From Bdellovibrio sp. ZAP7 (GTDB lineage: Bacteria; Bdellovibrionota; FAC87; UBA2466), in the NCBI GenBank assembly GCA_945878405.1, contig CAMCTJ010000005.1, positions 22,350-86,349 on the forward strand: DNA of 64,000 nucleotides, in the 5' to 3' direction. The notes beneath the pieces were generated by a model, which saw only the letters and a list, made by a program, of their open reading frames with translations, searched no databases and was not told the origin of the DNA. The position numbers and the translations under genes were made by a program. Shown one piece after another: positions 56,127 through 64,000 of the stretch (its first letter is position 1; each line of letters begins with the position of its first letter).

Positions 56127-57659
56127 ATGCGACAAAAATCATTCGTTTTCAGCTTGGTGGGACTTTTTTTTCTCGTTTTTCTGGAAAGGGCCATCGCTTC
56201 TCCTTCTCTGGACCAACAATACGGCTTTAAAAACTTTGTGATTGCCGTGCTCGCTTCACCCGCAGAGCCCATCCATTCAAAGCAGGTCGAAAATGAACTG
56301 ATTTCTCAAATTCAAAAGCGGATGCGATTTAGTTATCAAGCCGCTCCTTCAAGTGAACTCAAGAAAAGCTTAGAAGCCATTTCAGGACCCAGTGTCGCGG
56401 GCAATCTAACGGAGCGATTAGAAATTTATCGTCCTACTCTCCAAGCATTGAAAGAAAAGAAAACCGATGCTGCGATTCTTGCTGAGCTTGTTCGTCGAGA
56501 TGAGTTTTTTGATCTTACAATGACTCTGGTGAGTATCGAGCCAGGAGAAGTGATGGCTCAAGCAGTTCAGAAAATCGATCCTCCCTTTTCTCAAGACAGA
56601 ATGGTTCAAAAAACAGCCCAAGCTTTTTTGGAACTGTCTCAAAATATTCCGTTTGATGGAACGGTCTTAAAACGAGATGGGTATCTGGTTGTTTTGGATG
56701 GTGGAAAAGGAACTTTTGCCCCGGGAATGAGGCTCCCTACTTTCACTTTAGAAAAAGAGGAAGGAAAAATCTCCTTTAATGAAACAGGGCAAATTTTAGT
56801 TCAAAAAGTGGAGGACAATCTTTCCTTTGGAAGGGTTTTGGTGGAGAAAAAGCCTCTGGAAGTCTTGAGTGGGAATAAAATTCGTCTTTCTGAGAAGCTT
56901 GCGACGAATGATGTCCCAGAGCTTATGCAATCAGTTACAGATGCTAATCGAGATCCGGCTTCCGAACTTGTTGCAGATTTTGAAGTGACAAAAGGTGAAG
57001 TGGGGCGGCTTGCAGTTAATTTTGGAACAGATTTGGTGGAATTTAAGAATAATTTTGTGGCGGGGGGAGGAGATTCCACTAATTTATTTTTTCCCGGATC
57101 TCAGCTGGAAGGAGAACTGTGGTTCACAAGTCGATGGTTCATGGATACAAGTCTTGGTTTTGGTTTTGGAAAGTTTCAGAAACAGTCATCTAGTCTCTCT
57201 AATTTTCGGCTGCAGTTCGGTTATCGGATGAATATTCTAGCTCCCGAGCGCGGTCCCGTGGTTTATGCGAAATTGGGCTATGGAAAACAGTCCTACAATC
57301 TCGGAACGGCCGAGCCCATTCGCTTCTCTAGTATCACCTACGGAGGTATGCTTCTCTCGGGAGGTGTCCGTATTCCCTATGATGATGCTTTAAATCTGGG
57401 TGCGGAAATCAATACTTTGATTTTTCCCTCTATTGCTGAAGCTCCGCTTTCTTCAGGATCCAATCAAAGTCAAATAAACTGTTGGGACTTTGTTTTTAAA
57501 GGCACTTACTCTTTGAATTCAAAAGTTGATTTGGAAGGCCGTTTGATTTTTAGAAATTCGGGGGCAAGTTTTAGCGGTGATACCGATCGTCCCGATCCGA
57601 TTAGTCAGGTATCCCAAAGTTCTAAAATTCTTCAATTGGGTGTTTCATATTACTTTTAA
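56127..57659 (+). CDS. Outer-membrane protein (periplasmic domains plus C-terminal beta-barrel)
   Basis: Signal peptide; FlgT-C-like 'GTVL...VVLDGG'; C-terminal QLGVSYYF BAM signal. Confidence 0.7.
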   Translation: MRQKSFVFSLVGLFFLVFLERAIASPSLDQQYGFKNFVIAVLASPAEPIHSKQVENELISQIQKRMRFSYQAAPSSELKKSLEAISGPSVAGNLTERLEIYRPTLQALKEKKTDAAILAELVRRDEFFDLTMTLVSIEPGEVMAQAVQKIDPPFSQDRMVQKTAQAFLELSQNIPFDGTVLKRDGYLVVLDGGKGTFAPGMRLPTFTLEKEEGKISFNETGQILVQKVEDNLSFGRVLVEKKPLEVLSGNKIRLSEKLATNDVPELMQSVTDANRDPASELVADFEVTKGEVGRLAVNFGTDLVEFKNNFVAGGGDSTNLFFPGSQLEGELWFTSRWFMDTSLGFGFGKFQKQSSSLSNFRLQFGYRMNILAPERGPVVYAKLGYGKQSYNLGTAEPIRFSSITYGGMLLSGGVRIPYDDALNLGAEINTLIFPSIAEAPLSSGSNQSQINCWDFVFKGTYSLNSKVDLEGRLIFRNSGASFSGDTDRPDPISQVSQSSKILQLGVSYYF

Positions 57660-57673
57660 GGAATCGTGATCTC

Positions 57674-58573
57674 TTGATTTCTATCGTCATTCCCTGTTTT
57701 CGTGCAGAAAAGTTCCTGGCTCAAACATTGGAGACAGTGGAAGAGCAAACCTATCAGGATTGGGAACTGATTGTTGTGGAGGATGGTTCCCAGGATTCGA
57801 CGGAATCCATCGTCGACAAGTTTCGGTTAAAGAATCCTCAACATCGAATCCATTATTCTCGACTTGAAAAAACTCAAGGCCCTTCAGCCGCGCGAAATGC
57901 AGGAATAAAAAATTCAAAGGGAGCTTGGGTAGCCTTTTTAGACAGTGATGATCTCTGGTGTCCTACCCATTTAGAAACTCTTTTACTGGAAGCTAAAAAG
58001 AGACAAGCTGATTTGTGTTTTTGTTCGGTAGATTTTTTTGATTCGGAGAGTGGTTCGCTCTTAGGAGTTTGGGGACCCACCGAGGATGATCTGACTCAGT
58101 TCCCTGAGACGCTGTTTTTACGAAACTATATTTCGCCTTCAGGAGTGCTGGTAAACAAAGCGGTTCTTGAAGAAACTGTTTTCGATGAATCGGCAGAAGT
58201 GCAATCCTGCGAAGACCATGAGTTGTGGATGAGATTGGTTCGGCAAGGAATTTCGTTTGCTTGGGTTTCCGATCTTAAAGTGAAGTACCGTAAAAATCAT
58301 TCAGGAGCGGCTACTTCTAATCGGGAAAAAATGTTTCGCGCCGATCTGGCAGTCATGTACCGACATTTGGGAAACCCTGCATTTGGTTTTGCAACGAAAT
58401 GCACAGGGATCTCTCAAAACTACGCTTATTTGGCTGAAGCCTTACTTGAAAAAAGACAATGGAAAGCCCTCAGCTTCTATTTGAGAAGTTGGTGTTTCAA
58501 TCCCTGGAGACTAAGACAACTGCGGCGTTTGATTAAGGCTTTGGGGACTCTAACCCTTAGGTTAGCTGATTAG
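57674..58573 (+). CDS. Glycosyltransferase family 2
   Basis: ISIVIPCF, VEDGSQD, ARNAG, FLDSDD, EDHE. Confidence 0.92.
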   Translation: MISIVIPCFRAEKFLAQTLETVEEQTYQDWELIVVEDGSQDSTESIVDKFRLKNPQHRIHYSRLEKTQGPSAARNAGIKNSKGAWVAFLDSDDLWCPTHLETLLLEAKKRQADLCFCSVDFFDSESGSLLGVWGPTEDDLTQFPETLFLRNYISPSGVLVNKAVLEETVFDESAEVQSCEDHELWMRLVRQGISFAWVSDLKVKYRKNHSGAATSNREKMFRADLAVMYRHLGNPAFGFATKCTGISQNYAYLAEALLEKRQWKALSFYLRSWCFNPWRLRQLRRLIKALGTLTLRLAD

Positions 58574-58952
58574 TGGTCCCGCCACTTTGTAGAATAATTT
58601 CTTCTCTACGTTCTTCTGCTTCCATCTCGGCTTTGCAATTAATGCAGAGAGAGGTTACAGGGCGAGCCATCAATCTTTTTACGGAAATATCATCCCCGCA
58701 AGATTCACAAACTCCGTAAGTTCCCTCTTCCATTTTCTTAAGGGCTTCGTAGACCTTACTGATGAGCTTGCGTTCTCGGTCCTTAATTCGAAGTTCAAAG
58801 CTTCTTTCGCTTTCTAAAGAAGCCTGATCGTTGATATCAGGTAAAGGCGAATTAGAACTGAATGAAGCAACTTCCTTGTTAACGTCAGTTTGAAGTTCTT
58901 TTAATTGACTCAAAAGAACCTTTTTCAGCTTTTCTTTATCTGTTTTATTCAT
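58557..58952 (-). CDS. dksA: RNA polymerase-binding transcription factor DksA
   Basis: DINDQAS coiled-coil tip (DxxDxA), RIKDRERKLI, CESC...CINC zinc finger. Confidence 0.93.
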   Translation of the reverse strand: MNKTDKEKLKKVLLSQLKELQTDVNKEVASFSSNSPLPDINDQASLESERSFELRIKDRERKLISKVYEALKKMEEGTYGVCESCGDDISVKRLMARPVTSLCINCKAEMEAEERREEIILQSGGTTNQLT

Positions 58953-59073
58953 ATTCTTTCCATCCCCCCCGGGATTTTCCCGAACAATCAGGATTAAACA
59001 CAACCCAGGGAAAAGTCAAACCCTCACCGGATCCGACCTAAACAATTGAAAACACAAAAAAAACCCTAATTTT

Positions 59074-59220
59074 CTTTAAACCGTCTTTTCAGCATCGGGG
59101 CAGTTCCTCCTTAACAGATATGTGCTTCGGGGCCACATATTAGGGGGAGGAGGCAAGTTAAGTAAGAACTGCCTCGATACTTTCTACGTACAACATACGG
59201 TCCACAAAAACCGTTTAAAG
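59074..59220 (+). other. Highly structured intergenic element (candidate ncRNA, regulatory leader or MITE-like element)
   Basis: Nested inverted repeats: CTTTAAAC/GTTTAAAG ends, ATCGGGGCAGTTC/GAACTGCCTCGAT, ATATGTG/CACATAT around CTTCGG. Confidence 0.5.
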
Positions 59221-59226
59221 TGACAC

Positions 59227-60033
59227 CTACCGGTGCCGTCTTAACCCCCTTGGTATTTGATACTGATTCGAGGGTAAACTTCCAGATCCAATAGAGGGGA
59301 TATAGGTAGGAAGGGGAACTAAGTCAGGCACTGTTCCACCAGCGCTTCCAGACCCACCAGAACCTCCAGGAAATGTATTCTCAAAAGTGTTCACTCCAGA
59401 CTGGGGACACATCACAGTGATATTGTCGCACCCTCCGTAAGGAAGAGAGGGGGTAGTCGGAAAAGGAATCGAGTTGTCATAAGGATAGGTCACTGGAGGA
59501 ATCGAAGGAACGGTGGGAATAGTCGGACCCGTTGGAATGTAGGGCGCAATGGGAGAATAGGGGCTGCCTGGAATAAAAGGATAATTCGGATAAACAGAAG
59601 GGGTCGTAGGATAAGAGCCTAGGACCGGGTTACTTAATTGGTTCAACAAAACGTTTTGATAGCTGATGAGTTGAAACAATTGTGAATCGATAGAGGGAGT
59701 CATGGGAAGAGTCCCATAGCCACCAAATCCCAATGTGTCATAACCAGAACCGCAACTTTGAGTGAAACTTCCGCAACCGCCAGAGCCCGTAAAGCTTGAG
59801 AGATATCCCGATGGGTTACTGAGGTAAACGGGAACAACCATTGGGCTAGCGACCTGCGTGGGCATTGCACAAGTAGCGACCGAGTTTAGATTTTGCCCAA
59901 GGACATAAAGATTGTAGCCCCCCGTATTATAAAGGCCGCAGCTACCGCAAGATTCTGCAAGTGCTTTTTCAGGGGCAATGAAAAACAAGCTTGTGAGAAT
60001 GCTTGTTCCAATGATTTTCTTAATCCAGCTCAT
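59227..60033 (-). CDS. Secreted Pro/Gly/Ser/Tyr-rich low-complexity protein with Cys motifs
   Basis: Signal peptide ALA|E; CGSCG; PY/PT-rich linker; basic tail PRGLRRHR. Confidence 0.7.
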   Translation of the reverse strand: MSWIKKIIGTSILTSLFFIAPEKALAESCGSCGLYNTGGYNLYVLGQNLNSVATCAMPTQVASPMVVPVYLSNPSGYLSSFTGSGGCGSFTQSCGSGYDTLGFGGYGTLPMTPSIDSQLFQLISYQNVLLNQLSNPVLGSYPTTPSVYPNYPFIPGSPYSPIAPYIPTGPTIPTVPSIPPVTYPYDNSIPFPTTPSLPYGGCDNITVMCPQSGVNTFENTFPGGSGGSGSAGGTVPDLVPLPTYIPSIGSGSLPSNQYQIPRGLRRHR

Positions 60034-60086
60034 TCTATGCCTCAAAAATAAATTCGCAAACGTACAGAAGAGTTGGACCCTGAAGG

Positions 60087-60102
60087 AGCAAGCGGTGTGC
60101 CA
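60087..60102 (-). promoter_or_regulatory. Sigma-54 -24/-12 promoter
   Basis: Minus strand TGGCACACCGCTTGCT, an exact TGGCAC-N5-TTGC consensus. Confidence 0.88.
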
Positions 60103-60295
60103 TGCCTTTTGTGCTTAGCGCTAGAGAGTTCATGACGAATAGTCTTTTCAAAAAAAAAGTACGCTTTGAGTCTACGGGCCGAGCTCTTTATTTATCGATA
60201 GATAGCTTGTAAACTTATTAAACAGGGCATTCGACAAAACTTGTTTTTCCTACCGTGTTCTTTCTGTGCCCGGTCCTCATAAAGGGAGGTTTTCA

Positions 60296-61111
60296 GTGAA
60301 ATTTAGATTACTGGTTTGTGTTACTTCTCTTCTCATTTCTTCGTGGGGATGGACGTATTCCGACTTTGTGCCCCTCAAAGAGCGCGCACAAGGACATTCT
60401 TTAACTGGCGCACTTCAGGGAAATGAGAGTGTCTATTCTAATCCGGCAGGCACTTTGTTTACTGAGGCTTATACAGTTGACGGTACGTTTGCATTTCCAA
60501 AATCTTTTTCTGCTTCCATTGTAGATACTCGAACTAACTCAATTGGTGGAGGAATCGGATATTTCAAAGAACAGGGAGGGGATTCCTCCGTGATGACACA
60601 GGGACTTCGTCTGACCTTAGGTTCTCGCATAAATCAAAATTTAGCTGTGGGAATTGCGGGCAAAGCAGTTTGGGGAGTTCGTTCTGGGAATGAAATGAAT
60701 TTCAAAGATGCGGATGCTGGTTTTTTGTGGAACGCTGATTTTGCTTCTGTGGGCATGGTCATCAGAAACCTGGGAGGCGGAAGTTCTGATTTCAAACAGG
60801 AGCGCGAAACTTCTTTAGGGGCAAGAGTGGGATATTCCCAAGCTGTCTACATTTCTGGTTCTGCTCATTCGAAATTTGGAAAAGTTTCTCCTTACGAATA
60901 TGGCTTTGGATTTGAATATATTTCTCCTTGGCATTTTTCTCTGATGGGCGGATACCGCTTTCAAGTGGGGCAAGCCGTTCAGAATCCCTCTTACTGGAGC
61001 ACTGGGATCAGTTTCTTGAGTCCGCGTCTTTCAGCTCATTATGCAGTTGAATTTCCTCAACTCGCTAGCGAGGAAGCAAGCCACTTACTTGGGCTCAGCA
61101 TGGCTTTCTAA
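60296..61111 (+). CDS. Outer-membrane beta-barrel protein (FadL/PorV-like fold possible)
   Basis: Signal peptide; 'SVYSNPAG' plug motif; C-terminal Phe; GGAGG RBS. Confidence 0.65.
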   Translation: MKFRLLVCVTSLLISSWGWTYSDFVPLKERAQGHSLTGALQGNESVYSNPAGTLFTEAYTVDGTFAFPKSFSASIVDTRTNSIGGGIGYFKEQGGDSSVMTQGLRLTLGSRINQNLAVGIAGKAVWGVRSGNEMNFKDADAGFLWNADFASVGMVIRNLGGGSSDFKQERETSLGARVGYSQAVYISGSAHSKFGKVSPYEYGFGFEYISPWHFSLMGGYRFQVGQAVQNPSYWSTGISFLSPRLSAHYAVEFPQLASEEASHLLGLSMAF

Positions 61112-61125
61112 AAATCTCATAAACT

Positions 61126-61935
61126 GTGAAAAAATTTCTCTTAATATTTCTTTGCTGCGCTTTCTCTGCGCCCGCTTCCAGTTCGAATAGTCGGTTGGGG
61201 CTTGAACTTTTACCTAAAGGACGTCCTTTTCGGCTGACGTTTGCGGATCCCAGAGAAATCCGAATGGGAATCAACTTTCAGGGGAACTCGGTAATCAATG
61301 CAACTGTCGGAAATTATTTTTCCATTTTAGGAATTGAACCAGCTGAATCAAACCCAGAAGAACCAAAAGAAGTTTTTCATCTTGGGCTTGAGGGAGCTGG
61401 GTATTTCACGATGCGACAAGCCGATAAAAGATTTCCCTTAGAAACAGCCGATGGGCTCATTGGAGCTTACTTCGAAGGGGCTTACGGAGATTGGCAAGCC
61501 CAACTACGCATGACACATATTTCCGCCCACTTGGCTGATGGGAGCTCGGGGACTCCGATTGCTTATAGTCGAGAGTTTCTCGCTTTAAGATTGGGGTATA
61601 TTCCCTATCAAGAACTCCAGATCTTTGGCGGTATTCACTATTTAGTGAATACCATTCCGCAGTTGCGACCGTGGACTCTTCAATTGGGAAGTTCCTATTT
61701 TATTCCCTTAAATTTCTCTTTGGTCCCGTTCGCTGGATTTGATTTGAAATGGAAACAGGAAAGTCCGACGAATCCGTCATTCCAGATGATGTTGGGGCTG
61801 GCGCTTAATAACCCACCCAAATCCTATCAGTCATTTCGATTCTATTATGCCTATTACACTGGGACAGACGCGCGTGGACAATTTTACAATCAAGTCGTTA
61901 CCACGCACACCGTGGGAATCGATATGCAGATTTAG
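61126..61935 (+). CDS. Outer-membrane protein, DUF1207-like
   Basis: 'FADPRE', 'HISAHLADG', 'YSRE', 'G...GQFY' motifs. Confidence 0.6.
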   Translation: MKKFLLIFLCCAFSAPASSSNSRLGLELLPKGRPFRLTFADPREIRMGINFQGNSVINATVGNYFSILGIEPAESNPEEPKEVFHLGLEGAGYFTMRQADKRFPLETADGLIGAYFEGAYGDWQAQLRMTHISAHLADGSSGTPIAYSREFLALRLGYIPYQELQIFGGIHYLVNTIPQLRPWTLQLGSSYFIPLNFSLVPFAGFDLKWKQESPTNPSFQMMLGLALNNPPKSYQSFRFYYAYYTGTDARGQFYNQVVTTHTVGIDMQI

Positions 61936-62017
61936 GCGTTACTGGTATAATTTAAGTATCCTTTAAACTTATCATTCTATCTCTTTATATTCTCTTTTCA
62001 TTCCCGGGGGGAAATTC

Positions 62018-62872
62018 ATGGATCGGTTTTTCTTGAAAATTATTTTTGTGTCTTTTTCCGTCTTGTTCCTGAGTGGTTGTGGAGTTGTTCTCTATCCGGG
62101 ACAGCCGGGAATGGTTGCTAGTTCCTTTGTAAAATTAGATCTCGAGATTTTAGAGGAACCAGGGCTTTATGTTTATGAAGCTGTCTATGACAACACGTCA
62201 TCAGGACAAGGTGTTTCAGCCGTAATCACAAAACTGTATCCCAAAGCCCAAACCTACACTACGAATGTGAGAACCAATGCTGACGGGACATTATTCCGGG
62301 TTAAAGCCCAATACAATGGGGCTGAAATTCAGATGGTTTCCATGCCTCAACAAAATCAGGTCTATTTAAATCCCAGCCATCAAATTGCTTTCCTCATCGA
62401 CTACGAAAACTCAATCGACGAAATTGATGACAAAAATATTGCTGAAGAAAATCTTTTTAAGCCGTCGATGATTGATAGCTTAAGACCGCAGAGTTTTGAG
62501 ACGAAACGAATGAAATGGCAATTAATCAAAGCTGCTCGATTTCTTCCCAATGGGAATCTGGGTTACGAGGTTACTGCGCTTCAATTGGGGCAGTTCAAGT
62601 TTGTTCCCTCGCAATCCATCAATCTTGAAACATCCCTGGCTCAAAATGCAATTAAGACGACTTTAACTCAAGAGATGAAGCAGGAGTTCTCCCAGTTCCT
62701 AGAGGCTAATTTCCCAAAAGGATATCGAGGAAAAGTAGATTTCTATGTTAAGGACTCTGTGACTCCCATCTCCTTTAATTTAGGGGTGAATACTTTGAAG
62801 ACCGCCGAAGCCAGTGGTCTCAAAGTGATCAAAGGAATTCCTGATGGTCTTTTAAGAAAGGTCCTCCAATGA
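62018..62872 (+). CDS. Hypothetical lipoprotein
   Basis: Lipobox LSGC; ATGA-coupled to the downstream subtilase. Confidence 0.7.
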   Translation: MDRFFLKIIFVSFSVLFLSGCGVVLYPGQPGMVASSFVKLDLEILEEPGLYVYEAVYDNTSSGQGVSAVITKLYPKAQTYTTNVRTNADGTLFRVKAQYNGAEIQMVSMPQQNQVYLNPSHQIAFLIDYENSIDEIDDKNIAEENLFKPSMIDSLRPQSFETKRMKWQLIKAARFLPNGNLGYEVTALQLGQFKFVPSQSINLETSLAQNAIKTTLTQEMKQEFSQFLEANFPKGYRGKVDFYVKDSVTPISFNLGVNTLKTAEASGLKVIKGIPDGLLRKVLQ

Positions 62873-64000
62873 AAATTACCATCTCAACCCTAGTTACTTT
62901 TCTCAGTCTTTCAGCCTTTTCTGATCAGTATGTGGTTCTCTTTAAACAGGCGGAGATTGCCGTGGGGAGTTTAGAGCATGGTGCGTACACCCAAGCGTTG
63001 CAAGAATCGAATCAAAAAAGCATCACTGATCTAGAAAAGTGGATCACGCGAAACCAAATCAGAACTGAAAATAAGATCAAGAATTTGTGGTTAGTTCGAG
63101 GGGCCACACTGAGCGTGAGCCCACAAGCCGCAAATAAATTAAAAAAAGAGCCCTGGGTACATGGTGTGTATCTCGATAAGACCCGAACCATGCTACCCCC
63201 TAAACCAAATTCGTCGGCAGGTTCCTCACTCGCTGAATTTGGAGATGAAGCAACTTGGGGTCTTGAAAAAATGGGACTGCTCCAGATTAGAGAGGAGTTT
63301 CCCTTTATTGATGGAACGGGGATTTCTGTTGGGGTTTTGGATACGGGAGTTCAAAGCAAGCATCCCGAGTTGTCGGGAAAAGTCACCCACTTTAGAGATT
63401 TTATTAATTCCCTTTCAAATGAGTATGATGATCACGGACATGGAACACATGTGGCGGGAACGATCTCCGGAAACGAAGTGGGTTTAGCCCCTAAGGCAAA
63501 AATACTCATGGCAAAAATATTTGGCGCAGCCGGGGGAGGAAAAGACTCAGCCATTCTCGAAGCCATGCAGTGGCAGTTCGATCCAGATGGAGATCCGACA
63601 ACTGCTGATTACCCCCGTGTGATTAATAATTCTTGGGGAGCTGATATTGAAGAGGGAATCCACGATATTGAAGAGTTTTTGCCCTATCATCTTGCGATTC
63701 AGACTTGGATTAATGGTGGGATCGTTCCCGTTTTTGCTGCGGGTAACTCGGGGAAAAGTCCCAATGGAATGCCGGGAGGATTGCCCGATGTCATTTCAGT
63801 AGGAGCTATAAACGCCAATTCGGAAGTGGCGGAATTTTCGAGCATGGGTCCCAACCTGTGGAAAATTGGGCAAACGATTATTACCTTAATGAAGCCTGAT
63901 GTTTCAGCTCCTGGTGTAGCCATCGCTTCTTCTTTACCAGGAAATAAATATGCTCAGTGGGATGGTACCTCCATGGCCACTCCCCATGTGAGCGGTGCCA
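62869..64000 (+). CDS. S8 subtilisin-like serine protease with I9-type propeptide (3'-truncated by window edge)
   Basis: Translated by hand: MKITISTL signal; VGVLDTG, HGHGTHVAGTI, FAAGNSG, GTSMATPHVSG. Absent from the ORF track because there is no stop in the window. Confidence 0.95.
   Translation, partial: MKITISTLVTFLSLSAFSDQYVVLFKQAEIAVGSLEHGAYTQALQESNQKSITDLEKWITRNQIRTENKIKNLWLVRGATLSVSPQAANKLKKEPWVHGVYLDKTRTMLPPKPNSSAGSSLAEFGDEATWGLEKMGLLQIREEFPFIDGTGISVGVLDTGVQSKHPELSGKVTHFRDFINSLSNEYDDHGHGTHVAGTISGNEVGLAPKAKILMAKIFGAAGGGKDSAILEAMQWQFDPDGDPTTADYPRVINNSWGADIEEGIHDIEEFLPYHLAIQTWINGGIVPVFAAGNSGKSPNGMPGGLPDVISVGAINANSEVAEFSSMGPNLWKIGQTIITLMKPDVSAPGVAIASSLPGNKYAQWDGTSMATPHVSGA

Noticed and set aside
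63161..63487. 108-aa ORF in the track
   Set aside because: Out-of-frame overlap with the subtilase, whose catalytic motifs lie in another frame.
1..64000. CRISPR array, rRNA, tRNA, integrase or transposase
   Set aside because: No regularly spaced repeats, cloverleaf-like segments or recombinase/transposase motifs were seen; intergenic gaps are short. This was a by-eye check only.

Overview
A gene-dense, moderately AT-rich chromosomal segment from a flagellated Gram-negative bacterium. The gene content and style suggest a Bdellovibrionota/former-deltaproteobacterial lineage; this is inference, not a database result. Housekeeping blocks: trmB, tdk, class II ribonucleotide reductase, a truncated dcw fragment (rsmH-ftsL-ftsI), fliC and fliD-fliS, the full pstSCAB-phoU-phoB-phoR operon, holA-lptE, a thiolase, lptC/A-lptB-rpoN-hpf and dksA. 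Accessory content: (i) a compact split type I PKS/PUFA-synthase-like cluster (KS-CLF plus AT-ACP-KR-DH, a divergent enoyl-reductase-like gene and a DUF1624 membrane acyltransferase-like gene, with no thioesterase) lying between fliC and fliD; (ii) three type IV pilin-like genes, one with a CxxCH motif; (iii) a PHP/ceramide-glucosyltransferase/GH1 operon directly upstream of the Pho operon; (iv) a fungal-type glucoamylase, an apparently exported J-domain protein and two toxin-antitoxin pairs. Reading the DNA directly also gives sigma28, sigma54 and Pho-box-like sites, a 44-aa lipoprotein and a partial subtilase missing from the ORF track, and a highly structured ~147-nt intergenic element upstream of dksA. 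No rRNA, tRNA, CRISPR array, integrase or transposase was recognised. All product calls rest on motif recognition by eye.
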